From positions 273,353 through 337,352 of the forward strand of contig JAJVIF010000001.1 of assembly GCA_022072165.1 (NCBI GenBank): a stretch of 64,000 bases of DNA, written 5' to 3'. This document shows, piece after piece, positions 55,353 through 64,000 of the stretch. Positions within the stretch are counted from its first letter, which is position 1. Every line of letters begins with the position of its first letter. The notes under the pieces were generated by a model, which was not told where the DNA came from, ran no database searches, and saw only the letters and a program-made list of their open reading frames with translations. Source of the stretch: a bacterium. Its GTDB lineage: Bacteria; JAJVIF01. Both the position numbers and the translations under genes were made by a program.

Positions 55353-56231
55353 GTGGACAGTGTGCCAGACTACGGTGAACTCTTTATCGGCTGCGCGGGA
55401 TTCCAGTACGACGACTGGATCGGGACGGTCTACCCCCCGGGGACTAAAAAGTCTGAGATGCTGGAACTCTATGCCCACTACTTTTCGTTTCTGGAGCTCA
55501 ATTTCACCTACTACCGGATGCCCACGACCGAATCTATCGCCCGGATCGCAGAGCGTGCGCCGGATCTCTGTTTCGCGGTCAAGGCACATCAGTCCATGAC
55601 CCATAGTCGGGATGCCGATGCCGGAGCGTTTGCCAGCTTTGAAGCAGCGCTGGAGCCGTTGCTGGAAACCGGGCAGCTCCTCGTCTGCCTCCTGCAGTTC
55701 CCCCACAGCTTTCACTTTGGTCCCCCCGCCCTCCGCTGGCTCGAGTCACTCCGTGCCGGACTCCCGGCACTGCCGTTGGTGGCCGAGTTCCGGAGCCGGG
55801 AATGGATTCGCAAGGACGTGCCCACGCATTTGCGCGACCTGGGCATCAGCTGGTGCGCGGTGGATGAACCCGATCTGCCTGGACTTATGCCCCCGCTCGC
55901 GGCGGTCACCGGGCCGACAGGCTATGTCAGATTCCACGGACGCAACGCGGCGCAGTGGTACGACCATGAACAGGCCTGGCAACGGTATGACTACCGCTAC
56001 TCAGAAGAAGAACTGACAGGCTGGCTGCCACGACTGGAACGCCTCCTGCGGGAGACCGATCAGACGATTGTCGTGATGAATAACCACTACAAAGGACAGG
56101 CTGTGGAGAACGGGCAGATGCTGCGCGATCTGCTACCCCCAGCGATGCGGGAAGTCCTGCATGCCCCCGAAGAATTACTGCCCCGGGTGGACAGCAGGGC
56201 TGGGCGAACGGCGACTCCACCAGACCAGTGA
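55353..56231 (+). CDS. DUF72 (YecE/YunF) family protein
   Basis: IGCAGFQYDDW, ELNFTYY, FAVKA, LQFP, EFR, YVRFHGRN, YDYRYS and NNH. Confidence 0.92.
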   Translation: MDSVPDYGELFIGCAGFQYDDWIGTVYPPGTKKSEMLELYAHYFSFLELNFTYYRMPTTESIARIAERAPDLCFAVKAHQSMTHSRDADAGAFASFEAALEPLLETGQLLVCLLQFPHSFHFGPPALRWLESLRAGLPALPLVAEFRSREWIRKDVPTHLRDLGISWCAVDEPDLPGLMPPLAAVTGPTGYVRFHGRNAAQWYDHEQAWQRYDYRYSEEELTGWLPRLERLLRETDQTIVVMNNHYKGQAVENGQMLRDLLPPAMREVLHAPEELLPRVDSRAGRTATPPDQ

Positions 56232-56561
56232 CGCCGCTACGAGCAATGGCAAAGGCAGCGTCGCGAGGACAAAGACCACAGTCGACACCGGAAAGCTTGG
56301 GTTGTTGGCCGCCAGATACCAGCCTGCCAACCCCAATCCCAGGATCAGCGCGCTCAGTGCCCCAGCGGTCGGCCAGCGCCACAGGAGCCAGGCCTGCACG
56401 ACCACACCCGCAACAACTGCCGCGGGGTAGATCAATTGCTCCAGAGGCGGGACCGGATTCATACTGCTGGCGATGGCGAAGAAGCTCCACCAGGCAGCCC
56501 AGAGCAGGATGATGCCCCGGGCGATGACCAGTGGTCCAGGAGTTCGGACAAGAGATGTCAT
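56175..56561 (-). CDS. Small four-TM membrane protein
   Basis: ATG 56561 six nt after TACACT; four hydrophobic helices. Confidence 0.65.
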   Translation of the reverse strand: MTSLVRTPGPLVIARGIILLWAAWWSFFAIASSMNPVPPLEQLIYPAAVVAGVVVQAWLLWRWPTAGALSALILGLGLAGWYLAANNPSFPVSTVVFVLATLPLPLLVAASLVWWSRRSPSPAVHPGQ

Positions 56562-56610
56562 AAGGATAGTGTATCTGCCATCTGGACCTGGTGCACGACC
56601 CGGCGAGGCT

Positions 56611-57540
56611 CTACGCTGCTGCCGCCTGAGTCGTCCGGGTTCCCCGGGCCATCGCGCTCGCGGCTTGGACCGCTTTCGCGACCGCGGCAGTGCTCCTTTT
56701 AGTCCGCAGGCCCCGCAGGGTCGCCAGGTTGGTGACGTCCATGTTGTCGACTTTAGGGGTCTCCAGACACATCGGGACGTCAAAAAACCGGGCATCGTTC
56801 ACCAAAAAGCGAAACGCCTCCAGGCCAACAAATCCCTGACCGATATGCTCGTGGCGATCCACCCGGGAGCAGCAATCCTTCTTGGAGTCGTTCATGTGAA
56901 AGACCCGGATCCTGTTGATACCGATCAGCCGGTCGAAGTCCGCCATCGTGGTGGCATACCCCTCAGCCGTACGGAAGTCGTAGCCACCCGCCAATGCGTG
57001 ACAGGTATCGAAGCAACAACCGAATCGCTCCGGCTCCTTCACCCCCTCGAGAATCGCACCGATGTGCTCGAAGCGATACCCCAGATTCGAGCCCTGCCCG
57101 GCGGTGTTCTCGATCAGGATCTGGGTCGGATTTCCCTCGGTCGCCTCTAAAATGCGATTGAACGCAGCAATGATCCGCTGGATGCCGAAATCTTCACCTT
57201 CGCCCACATGCGCGCCGGGGTGCATCACGAGGTAGGGGATGCGCAGTTGCTCCGCCCGGTGCATCTCCTCGACAAACGCCGCGATGCTCTTTTCCCACAA
57301 CTCATCTTTGGGCGATCCCAGGTTGATGAGGTAGGAATCGTGAATTACCGCCTGCCAGACATCTGACTTCTCCCAGGCATCAAGCCACTTCTTAATGGTG
57401 GTGTCTTCCAGCGGACGCGCGTTCCATTGGTTGTTGTTCTTGCTGAACAGCTGGAGCACCTGCGCCCCGACCGCTGTGGCCTCCGTGATGGCATTTTGAG
57501 GACCGCCAGCAGCGGACATGTGGGCACCGAGGTTATCCAT
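56611..57540 (-). CDS. nfo: Endonuclease IV
   Basis: GAHMS, HDSYLINL, HPG, ENTAGQG, DTCH, HMNDSK, DRHEHIG and LETP. Confidence 0.97.
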   Translation of the reverse strand: MDNLGAHMSAAGGPQNAITEATAVGAQVLQLFSKNNNQWNARPLEDTTIKKWLDAWEKSDVWQAVIHDSYLINLGSPKDELWEKSIAAFVEEMHRAEQLRIPYLVMHPGAHVGEGEDFGIQRIIAAFNRILEATEGNPTQILIENTAGQGSNLGYRFEHIGAILEGVKEPERFGCCFDTCHALAGGYDFRTAEGYATTMADFDRLIGINRIRVFHMNDSKKDCCSRVDRHEHIGQGFVGLEAFRFLVNDARFFDVPMCLETPKVDNMDVTNLATLRGLRTKRSTAAVAKAVQAASAMARGTRTTQAAAA

Positions 57541-57685
57541 GGATGTGCGGGCTCCCTGCAGTTGACATACTGGCATCTTACCCGGCCTTCGATTCACACA
57601 GCGGGCGTTCAGTCCCCGGTGAAACCCGGATATTATTACCGGGGGGGAACTCTCATCCGGAGAGTCTCTGCCGCCACCAGTCGCT

Positions 57686-58261
57686 ATGGATATCCGCATC
57701 TCCACCGGTCTGAATCCGCGCCCCCTGACACCCCGTCAGGAACAGCAGGCACGCCTCGACCGCTGGCGGGCAGGTGCGTCGGATTTGGCGCAGGCTCCGC
57801 AGCCCGTTGCGCCCGCAGCGAGCAGCGCGCCTCCGCAGAGTGTACCGTCCAATCCGGACCCCTTCCCGTATGTCCAGATTCCGTTCGGGGGCTATCAGGA
57901 AGCGGACCCGGCGCAGGCTTTGCGACGGAGTCGGCAGGCAGCCGCGCAGGAGGATTCTCCGGAAATCCCGTTCCGTCGACCCAGCGAAATGGACGACACG
58001 GCCGCTGCCAAAGAAATCAGCCGTGCCTTGAGCGAGGCGATTGAGAGTGAAGCGCGTGAAGCCGACGCCCGGGCGGAAGCGGCCCGGGAAGCTGCGGCGG
58101 CTCTCGAAGCTGCCGCAGAAGCGCGTCGACCGCTCCAGGAACGCCAGACCGCAGCGCTCCGGGAACGGGTTCAGCAGTTGGGATCTCTGATGGAACTGGT
58201 GGTGGGCCGCTACGGTATGCCCCCTGGTCCGGCCTCGCCGGACACCTCGCGTCAGGCATAA
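57686..58261 (+). CDS. Hypothetical Pro/Ala-rich, partly coiled-coil protein
   Basis: Open frame filling the gap between nfo and the phosphoesterase; no family recognised. Confidence 0.55.
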   Translation: MDIRISTGLNPRPLTPRQEQQARLDRWRAGASDLAQAPQPVAPAASSAPPQSVPSNPDPFPYVQIPFGGYQEADPAQALRRSRQAAAQEDSPEIPFRRPSEMDDTAAAKEISRALSEAIESEAREADARAEAAREAAAALEAAAEARRPLQERQTAALRERVQQLGSLMELVVGRYGMPPGPASPDTSRQA

Positions 58262-58346
58262 AGCCCACACAAAGGCTGGTGATATACTCGCTTCGCGCTC
58301 CCAGCTTCCATGCCGGAATCCATGCGCACGTCCGGAATACTGCCGC

Positions 58347-59090
58347 ATGCGGATCGGCTTCGTCTCCGACATCCACAGCAATCGCGCCGCTCTCGATGCC
58401 GCCCTCGCGGAGCTCGACAGCTACGGCATTGACACGCTCTATTGCATGGGCGACATCGTGGGTTACGGTCCGGAGCCAAACTACTGTCTGGAAGTGATCC
58501 GGGAGCGGGCGAGTGCGGTCGTGATGGGCAACCACGACTACGCGGTCCTGCATCTGGAATATGCTGAGCACTTCAACCCCTACGCCAAAGCTGCTGCCCA
58601 GTGGACCGCCGGGGAACTCTCCGAAGAGAATCTGGCGTTTCTCGGCAGTCTCGAAACCGTCCAGATGCGGGATGAGGTGACCCTGGTCCATGGGTCGCTC
58701 CGTAATGGGGGCAACTTCGAGGAGTATGTTCAGGAAGTCCCGCAGGCGAAGAAGAGCTTTGAAGAACTCCAGACGAAGCTCGTCTTTGTCGGACACACCC
58801 ACTACCCCGAGATTTACCTCTTCGATCCGGAGTCCCGTCAGGCGCGACATACCGGTCTGTACAGCTCCGGCTTCCTCTTCCTAGAAGAGGCCAGGCAGTA
58901 CTTCGTCAATATCGGCTCCACCGGCCAGCCCCGGGACGGGGATGCCCGGTCCAGTTGCTGCTTATATGACTCGGAGGAGGGAACCATCGAGATCATTCGC
59001 GTGGTGTATGACATCGATGACACCGCGCAGAAAATTCTCGCCGCCGGCCTTCCCGAGTTTCTCGCCCAGCGGCTCTATGTCGGCCGGTAG
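58347..59090 (+). CDS. Calcineurin-like metallophosphoesterase
   Basis: SDIH, GDIVGYG, GNHD, HGS, GHTH and NIGSTGQPRD. Confidence 0.93.
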   Translation: MRIGFVSDIHSNRAALDAALAELDSYGIDTLYCMGDIVGYGPEPNYCLEVIRERASAVVMGNHDYAVLHLEYAEHFNPYAKAAAQWTAGELSEENLAFLGSLETVQMRDEVTLVHGSLRNGGNFEEYVQEVPQAKKSFEELQTKLVFVGHTHYPEIYLFDPESRQARHTGLYSSGFLFLEEARQYFVNIGSTGQPRDGDARSSCCLYDSEEGTIEIIRVVYDIDDTAQKILAAGLPEFLAQRLYVGR

Positions 59091-59132
59091 CCCTTTTCCG
59101 ACCTCCCGTAGAGCCGGTAGAATCCCACCGCC

Positions 59133-59621
59133 ATGACCGCCGCCCAACAAGCCGTTTCGAACCTGTCAGCCATCCCCCTCATCCTGATGTCGGTGGTGCT
59201 GGGAGCCCTGGGACAGCTGACCATGAAGAACGGCTTCTCGATCCTCGCGAGCAAACAGCATCTTGCCGAACTGACCTACCTGCAGAAGCTTCCCCACATT
59301 TTCACCCAGCCCTTCGTGCTGGCTGGGCTCACTATGTATGTCATCGGGACCTTTGTCTGGTTTGCGGTGCTTCTGAAGGCAGAACTGTCGTTCGCCTATC
59401 CGTTCATTGCCCTGGCGTATGTCATCACCGTGATCGGCAGCTACTACCTCTTTGATGAGCACCTGAACATCTGGAAGATCGCCGCGCTGTGCCTGATCAT
59501 TTGTGGTGTCCTCTGTCTGGCCCGGGGAGCGCAGGTGGCGGCGCAACAGCAGGCGCAGGCCCGGGGACTGAAACCAGATCTCGCCGAGCAACCGGTCCTG
59601 GATACCCTGCCTCCTGTCTGA
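59133..59621 (+). CDS. Small DMT/EamA (ArnE-like) membrane protein
   Basis: GQLTMK, W..VL...ELSFAYP...FDE...K; four TM helices. Confidence 0.8.
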   Translation: MTAAQQAVSNLSAIPLILMSVVLGALGQLTMKNGFSILASKQHLAELTYLQKLPHIFTQPFVLAGLTMYVIGTFVWFAVLLKAELSFAYPFIALAYVITVIGSYYLFDEHLNIWKIAALCLIICGVLCLARGAQVAAQQQAQARGLKPDLAEQPVLDTLPPV

Positions 59622-59840
59622 CTGGCAGGTCAATCCCAGTTATGTCGCCTTGCCTGAACCTTTCTCGCTGGCTACTATCCTAGGGTTAGGCTTCCGCTCT
59701 CAGGCGGTGGCCTTTTGTGCGACCCGCGCTTCACGGGGGACTGGGCGACAGGCGTCCTGTCCCAACGGAAGCCTCTCGACTCTCAACTTTGCACGACTCG
59801 CGCCGGTGCTGACCGCACCGGCTCCCGTCCGGAGGTCGCG

Positions 59841-60980
59841 ATGATCGACGTCCGTCATATCACCAAGCGCTTCGGCCCCGCCGTCGCCGTGAACAACGTC
59901 ACCTTCAGCGTGGCGAGCGGGGAGGTCGTCGGCTTTCTTGGTCCCAACGGGGCCGGGAAATCCACGACGATGAAATGTATTACCTGCTACCTCGCGCCGG
60001 ACCAGGGAACCATCAAAGTCAACGGCTTCGATGTCTTTAAGCAGCCGCTGCAGGTCCGGCGGCAGATCGGCTACCTCCCGGAGTCCAACCCCCTCTATTA
60101 TGAGATGGGCGTCACCGACTACCTGGGATTTGTCGCCGACGTGCACGATGTGCCGGTCAACGAACGAAAGCGCCGCATCGAGAGCATCATCGACCGGGTC
60201 GGACTGACCCGGATGCGACACAAGGACATCGGCGAGCTCTCCAAGGGATACAAGCAGCGGGTGGGGCTCGCGCAGGCGATGGTCGCCGACCCGCCGGTCC
60301 TGATTCTGGATGAGCCCACGACCGGCCTCGACCCCAACCAGATTGTGGAAATCCGGGCACTGATTCGCGAGCTGGGGCAGGAAAAAAGCGTCATTTTGTC
60401 CACGCACATCCTGCCGGAAGTCCGGGTCACCTGTTCCCGCATCATCATCATTGCCGAGGGACGGGTCGTTGATGAAGGCACTCCGGAAGATCTGATTGAT
60501 CGCGCGAAGGGCGAGCAGATCTACACCGTCACGTTCGTGACCCCGGATGGGGACGCAGTCGACCGCGCACTGGCGGAGCATCCCCTGATCGCCTCGTATC
60601 GCCTCCTCGAGCTTCCGGTACCAGAGGCGGCCAAAGCGGCTGCTGCGACGACTGGCGAGGCCCCCGCGCTGGCGGGGGAAGAAGCCGAGCTCGCTGCCGC
60701 TAACGGGGAGTCCGATCCGGACACCCACACCGCAGATGAGTCGGCTCCGCTGGTCCCGGTGTCGCAGCCCGCATCGGGGGGAGCCCTGGCCGTGGCAGGC
60801 CCATCAGACCGGCAGCGGTACGAAATCATCGCCAGTGGTACGGATGACATCGGGATGGACCTGTTCGAAATGGCCGTCCGCCATGGCTGGCGCCTCTCAG
60901 AACTGACCCGCAAGGAAGTCTCGCTGGAGCAGGTCTTCCAAAAGCTCACCATCAAGGAGACCACCAGCCATGCTGCGTAG
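59841..60980 (+). CDS. GldA-like ABC ATP-binding protein
   Basis: SD GGAGGT; GPNGAGKST, GYLPESNPLY, LSKGYKQRVG, DEPTTGLDPNQ and STHIL. Confidence 0.93.
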   Translation: MIDVRHITKRFGPAVAVNNVTFSVASGEVVGFLGPNGAGKSTTMKCITCYLAPDQGTIKVNGFDVFKQPLQVRRQIGYLPESNPLYYEMGVTDYLGFVADVHDVPVNERKRRIESIIDRVGLTRMRHKDIGELSKGYKQRVGLAQAMVADPPVLILDEPTTGLDPNQIVEIRALIRELGQEKSVILSTHILPEVRVTCSRIIIIAEGRVVDEGTPEDLIDRAKGEQIYTVTFVTPDGDAVDRALAEHPLIASYRLLELPVPEAAKAAAATTGEAPALAGEEAELAAANGESDPDTHTADESAPLVPVSQPASGGALAVAGPSDRQRYEIIASGTDDIGMDLFEMAVRHGWRLSELTRKEVSLEQVFQKLTIKETTSHAA

Positions 60981-61695
60981 AACCGGGGCCATTTTCCGCA
61001 AAGAGTTTGGGGGGTATTTCAGTACGCCGGCGGGCTACATCTACCTCTTCCTCTTTCTCGTCATCTCCATGGGCTTCTTTTTCGGGGGCCAGGACTTCTT
61101 CACCCGGAATCAGGCAAGCATGCGGGGGTACTTCCTCTTCCTGCCGACCATGTTCCTCTTCTTTATCCCCGCAGTGGCGATGCGGCTTTGGGCGGAGGAG
61201 CGGGCCCGGGGCACCCAGGAAATTCTGCTAACACTCCCGGTTACGGATCTGGAAGTCATCGTTGGTAAGTTCCTGGCAGCGGTGGCCTTTATCGGGGTGG
61301 CGCTGGTGCTTTCGCTCTCCCTCCCCGTGACCCTGAGCTTTATCGGACGTCCCGACTGGGGTCCCATCATCGGTGGCTACCTTGGGGCGGTACTCATGGG
61401 GTCGGCCTTCCTCTCCATCGGCATCTACATGAGTGCTGTGAACTCCAACCAAATGATGGCCTTTCTGGGTGCGCTGGTGGTCTCCGCACTCTTCATGCTG
61501 GTGAGTGCCGAGTTCCTGACCCAGCATCTGCCGGAGAGCATCCGCCGATTCAGCCAGTACTTCGGCATGGGGTACCACTTCGCCAACATCGGTAAAGGGG
61601 TCGTGGACCTCCGGGATGTCCTTTACTACGTCTCTATCATCGTGTTCTTTCTCTTTATGACCGTCCGCGCGGTGCAGAGCCGCCGCTGGGCGTAA
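60970..61695 (+). CDS. GldF-like ABC-2 permease
   Basis: KEFGGYFSTP.GY, MRLWAEER..GT.E.LLTLP, GKFLA and GVVDLRD. Confidence 0.92.
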   Translation: MLRRTGAIFRKEFGGYFSTPAGYIYLFLFLVISMGFFFGGQDFFTRNQASMRGYFLFLPTMFLFFIPAVAMRLWAEERARGTQEILLTLPVTDLEVIVGKFLAAVAFIGVALVLSLSLPVTLSFIGRPDWGPIIGGYLGAVLMGSAFLSIGIYMSAVNSNQMMAFLGALVVSALFMLVSAEFLTQHLPESIRRFSQYFGMGYHFANIGKGVVDLRDVLYYVSIIVFFLFMTVRAVQSRRWA

Positions 61696-61710
61696 CTGGA
61701 GGCACCCCCC

Positions 61711-64000
61711 ATGAACGCCAGACGCGTTGGCCTCGGAGCCTTCACCTTCATCGAAATCGGTGTGCTGCTCGCCGTCCTCATTGTTCTCAATGCGCTGGCG
61801 TGCAATAACACGGTCCGCTTCGACCTCACGGAGAACCGCGAGTACACCGTCTCACCCGCGACTCGCAAGGTCCTCAGCAGCCTCGATGAGATCGTCAATG
61901 TCCGGGCCTATCTCTCCGATGATCTTCCGGCGGACTATCTGCCCCTGCGGACCGAAATCTACGACCAGCTCCGGACTTTCGAGGAACTGGCGAACGACAA
62001 CTTCCGGCTCACCATCGTTGAGAAAATCGATCCCGCGAAAGAGATGCTCGACATCAAGGGTATCCAGCCGATCAACTTCACCGTCCGCAAGGAAGGGGAG
62101 TCCACTGAGAAGCGCGGCTTCATGGGGATTTTCCTGGAGCGGGTGAATAAGACCGATGCCCTGCCTGTGGTCCTCTCCACCGAAAGCCTGGAATACGACC
62201 TCATTTCGGCCATCGTCCGGCTCTCCAAGAAAGAATCCGACACCGGAAAAATCTCCATCACGCAGGGGAATGGCGAGCCGGATATGGAGTCCCCGGAGGG
62301 TGTGCAGCAGTTCGTAAAAGACCTGCGAGCCGCCAAGTACACGGTCTATCCCACGACGCTTGATGACAAAACCGAAATCCCCAGCACGGCCCGAACCCTG
62401 CTGGTGCAGTCGCCGACCAAACTGACTGACTTCGACAAGTACCAGATCGATCAGTTCCTCTTGCGAGGGGGCAATCTGGTCGTCACGATTGATCGCTGGG
62501 AACTGCCTCGCAACGAACAGGGACAGCCGGAACTCAACGGGAAGCCGACCATTCGCAATTTCGCCGCGGCAGACCTGCTGGAGTTCTACGGCGTCCGGGC
62601 AGAAGCCAAGGTCATCGGCGACCCCTCTTCGGAGGCAGCGCAGTACCAGACTGGACGCATCATCAACAACCATCCATATCCCCTCTGGATCCGGGTGAAT
62701 CAGAACAATCTTTCTGACAAAAACCCCGCCGTCAGTAAGCTGGAAGCGGTGGGATTCCCCTGGGCCAATCCTCTGCGGCTCATCGATGACAACATCAAGC
62801 AACATCCGGATGTCGAGGTCGACATCCTGGCGCAGTCGACCCCTGCCGCCTGGGCGGTCGCGCCTGATGATGATGAGTTCCGGGGCCTCGGTCCCTGGGA
62901 CTACAAAGACTTCGCCTCCATTCGTCCGGACAACGTGCAGTACCCGCTGGCGGTGGAACTCACCGGTACGTTTAAGAGCTTCTTTGCCGGAAAGCCTGAT
63001 CCGGTGGGCGAGCGAACGGTCTCGCAGGATCGCCCCCGCCTGGATCAATCGGAAAAGCCCGGGCGCATCATCGTGATCGGAACCGGGAAATGGCTCACCG
63101 GACCGGAACAGGTCGGCTGGTGGGCGCAGTTCCGCACCAACCAGATCTTCATGTACAACCTCATGGACTACCTGAATCTGGGCGATGAGCTCCTCGGGCT
63201 CCGGAGTCGCCAGATCAAAGTCCGTCCCCTGGAAAAGCAGTGGGTTCCTGAGAATCAGGTGAAGGAGCGTCGGCTGACCCCGCAGGATGAGAACACCATC
63301 ACGCTGCTGAACATCCTGCTCATGCCGGGCCTGTTGGTGCTGTTCGCCATGAGCGCCTTTACGCTGAAGGCCCGCCGCAAGCAGTCCTATGAGTCCCGTA
63401 TGCGCTCCGAACTCGCCCTGGACAGCCAGCTGACCGCAGCCGAACGGGCTGAAATGGCACTCTCTGCCGAAGATCGTGGCGGCTTCAGGCTGCCCCTCGG
63501 TTCCGTGGCTGCGCTGTTGCTCGCCTTTGCCGGGATTCTCGGCCTGGTCATGTGGCAGCTGAAAACCGAGCGGAGTCAGCGGGAAGCGATTCTGGGCGAA
63601 GAGGCCTCAGCCCTCTTCCCCGACTTCGCGAAGTCCGACATCGAGAAGATCGAAATCTGGGAGATTCTCGGCAAGTACGTCATCCAAAAGAGTGGTGATA
63701 ACTGGATGATCGGCCATGTCGGGTACACCCCCGACAAGTCGGAGGAGGAGCGGGGCGCGGCAATGCCCACCGACTTTGCCCTCGCCGACTCCCGCGCCAT
63801 TGAAGCCGTCCTGACCGGAACCGAGCAGATGCAGACCGGGGTGCTGATCACCCGCAATGATGTCAACGCGGTGCAGGCCTATGTTGGACGCATCGGTTCG
63901 GAGTACCGCATGTTCGACTCCAAGGGCCGACTGGTCGCGAAGTTCGTCGTGGGCAAGAACACCGATGACTTCACCGGTACCTACGTCCAGGTTCGTCCGC
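61711..64000 (+). CDS. GldG-like ABC auxiliary component fused to a DUF4340-like domain (partial; not in ORF track)
   Basis: ATG 61711 with SD GGAGG; RFDLTENREYTVS, LEYDL, DQFLLRGG, N..F..NLMDYL..LRSR, TM; frame stays open through another TM and LFPDF..DIEKI..W..AD..VG to the window end. Confidence 0.88.
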   Translation, partial: MNARRVGLGAFTFIEIGVLLAVLIVLNALACNNTVRFDLTENREYTVSPATRKVLSSLDEIVNVRAYLSDDLPADYLPLRTEIYDQLRTFEELANDNFRLTIVEKIDPAKEMLDIKGIQPINFTVRKEGESTEKRGFMGIFLERVNKTDALPVVLSTESLEYDLISAIVRLSKKESDTGKISITQGNGEPDMESPEGVQQFVKDLRAAKYTVYPTTLDDKTEIPSTARTLLVQSPTKLTDFDKYQIDQFLLRGGNLVVTIDRWELPRNEQGQPELNGKPTIRNFAAADLLEFYGVRAEAKVIGDPSSEAAQYQTGRIINNHPYPLWIRVNQNNLSDKNPAVSKLEAVGFPWANPLRLIDDNIKQHPDVEVDILAQSTPAAWAVAPDDDEFRGLGPWDYKDFASIRPDNVQYPLAVELTGTFKSFFAGKPDPVGERTVSQDRPRLDQSEKPGRIIVIGTGKWLTGPEQVGWWAQFRTNQIFMYNLMDYLNLGDELLGLRSRQIKVRPLEKQWVPENQVKERRLTPQDENTITLLNILLMPGLLVLFAMSAFTLKARRKQSYESRMRSELALDSQLTAAERAEMALSAEDRGGFRLPLGSVAALLLAFAGILGLVMWQLKTERSQREAILGEEASALFPDFAKSDIEKIEIWEILGKYVIQKSGDNWMIGHVGYTPDKSEEERGAAMPTDFALADSRAIEAVLTGTEQMQTGVLITRNDVNAVQAYVGRIGSEYRMFDSKGRLVAKFVVGKNTDDFTGTYVQVRP

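Noticed and set aside
59841-64000. Evidence of gliding motility
   Set aside because: GldA/F/G-like ABC systems are widespread in non-gliding bacteria, and no motor genes are present
1-64000. CRISPR array, IS elements, prophage or defence island
   Set aside because: No regularly spaced repeats, transposase or integrase, phage structural genes, or recognisable defence genes seen; the MBL nuclease and phosphoesterase are ordinary standalone families

Overview
GC-rich (roughly 63-65% by eye) bacterial chromosomal segment, mostly core and envelope genes; no integrase, transposase, prophage or CRISPR array is visible. Left end: the start of a Tad/Flp pilus locus, with four different Flp-like prepilins and a TadE-like pseudopilin that runs off the window. 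Housekeeping genes: accC-type biotin carboxylase plus biotin carrier, uvrB, aroE, prs, yggS, arginase, an M16 protease pair, miaA-dapF-dapL, der-plsY-gpsA, htrA, tRNA-Arg(CCG), tilS-ftsH and nfo. Also present: a DUF58-VWA-VWA operon without MoxR, a surface-glycan cluster, and a GldA/F/G-type ABC operon at the right end. Most unusual observations: a Wzx-type flippase carrying a ~290-aa tandem-PDZ insertion; the pilin array with twin sigma54-like boxes; a GldG/DUF4340-like fusion; phased AT-rich patches inside coding genes; pervasive leaderless-type promoters; structured 5' leaders of prs and the gld-like operon; a degenerate YhaN-like ATPase; and a Cys-rich exported YHS/TRASH-like protein. All family assignments come from motif recognition by eye, not database searches.
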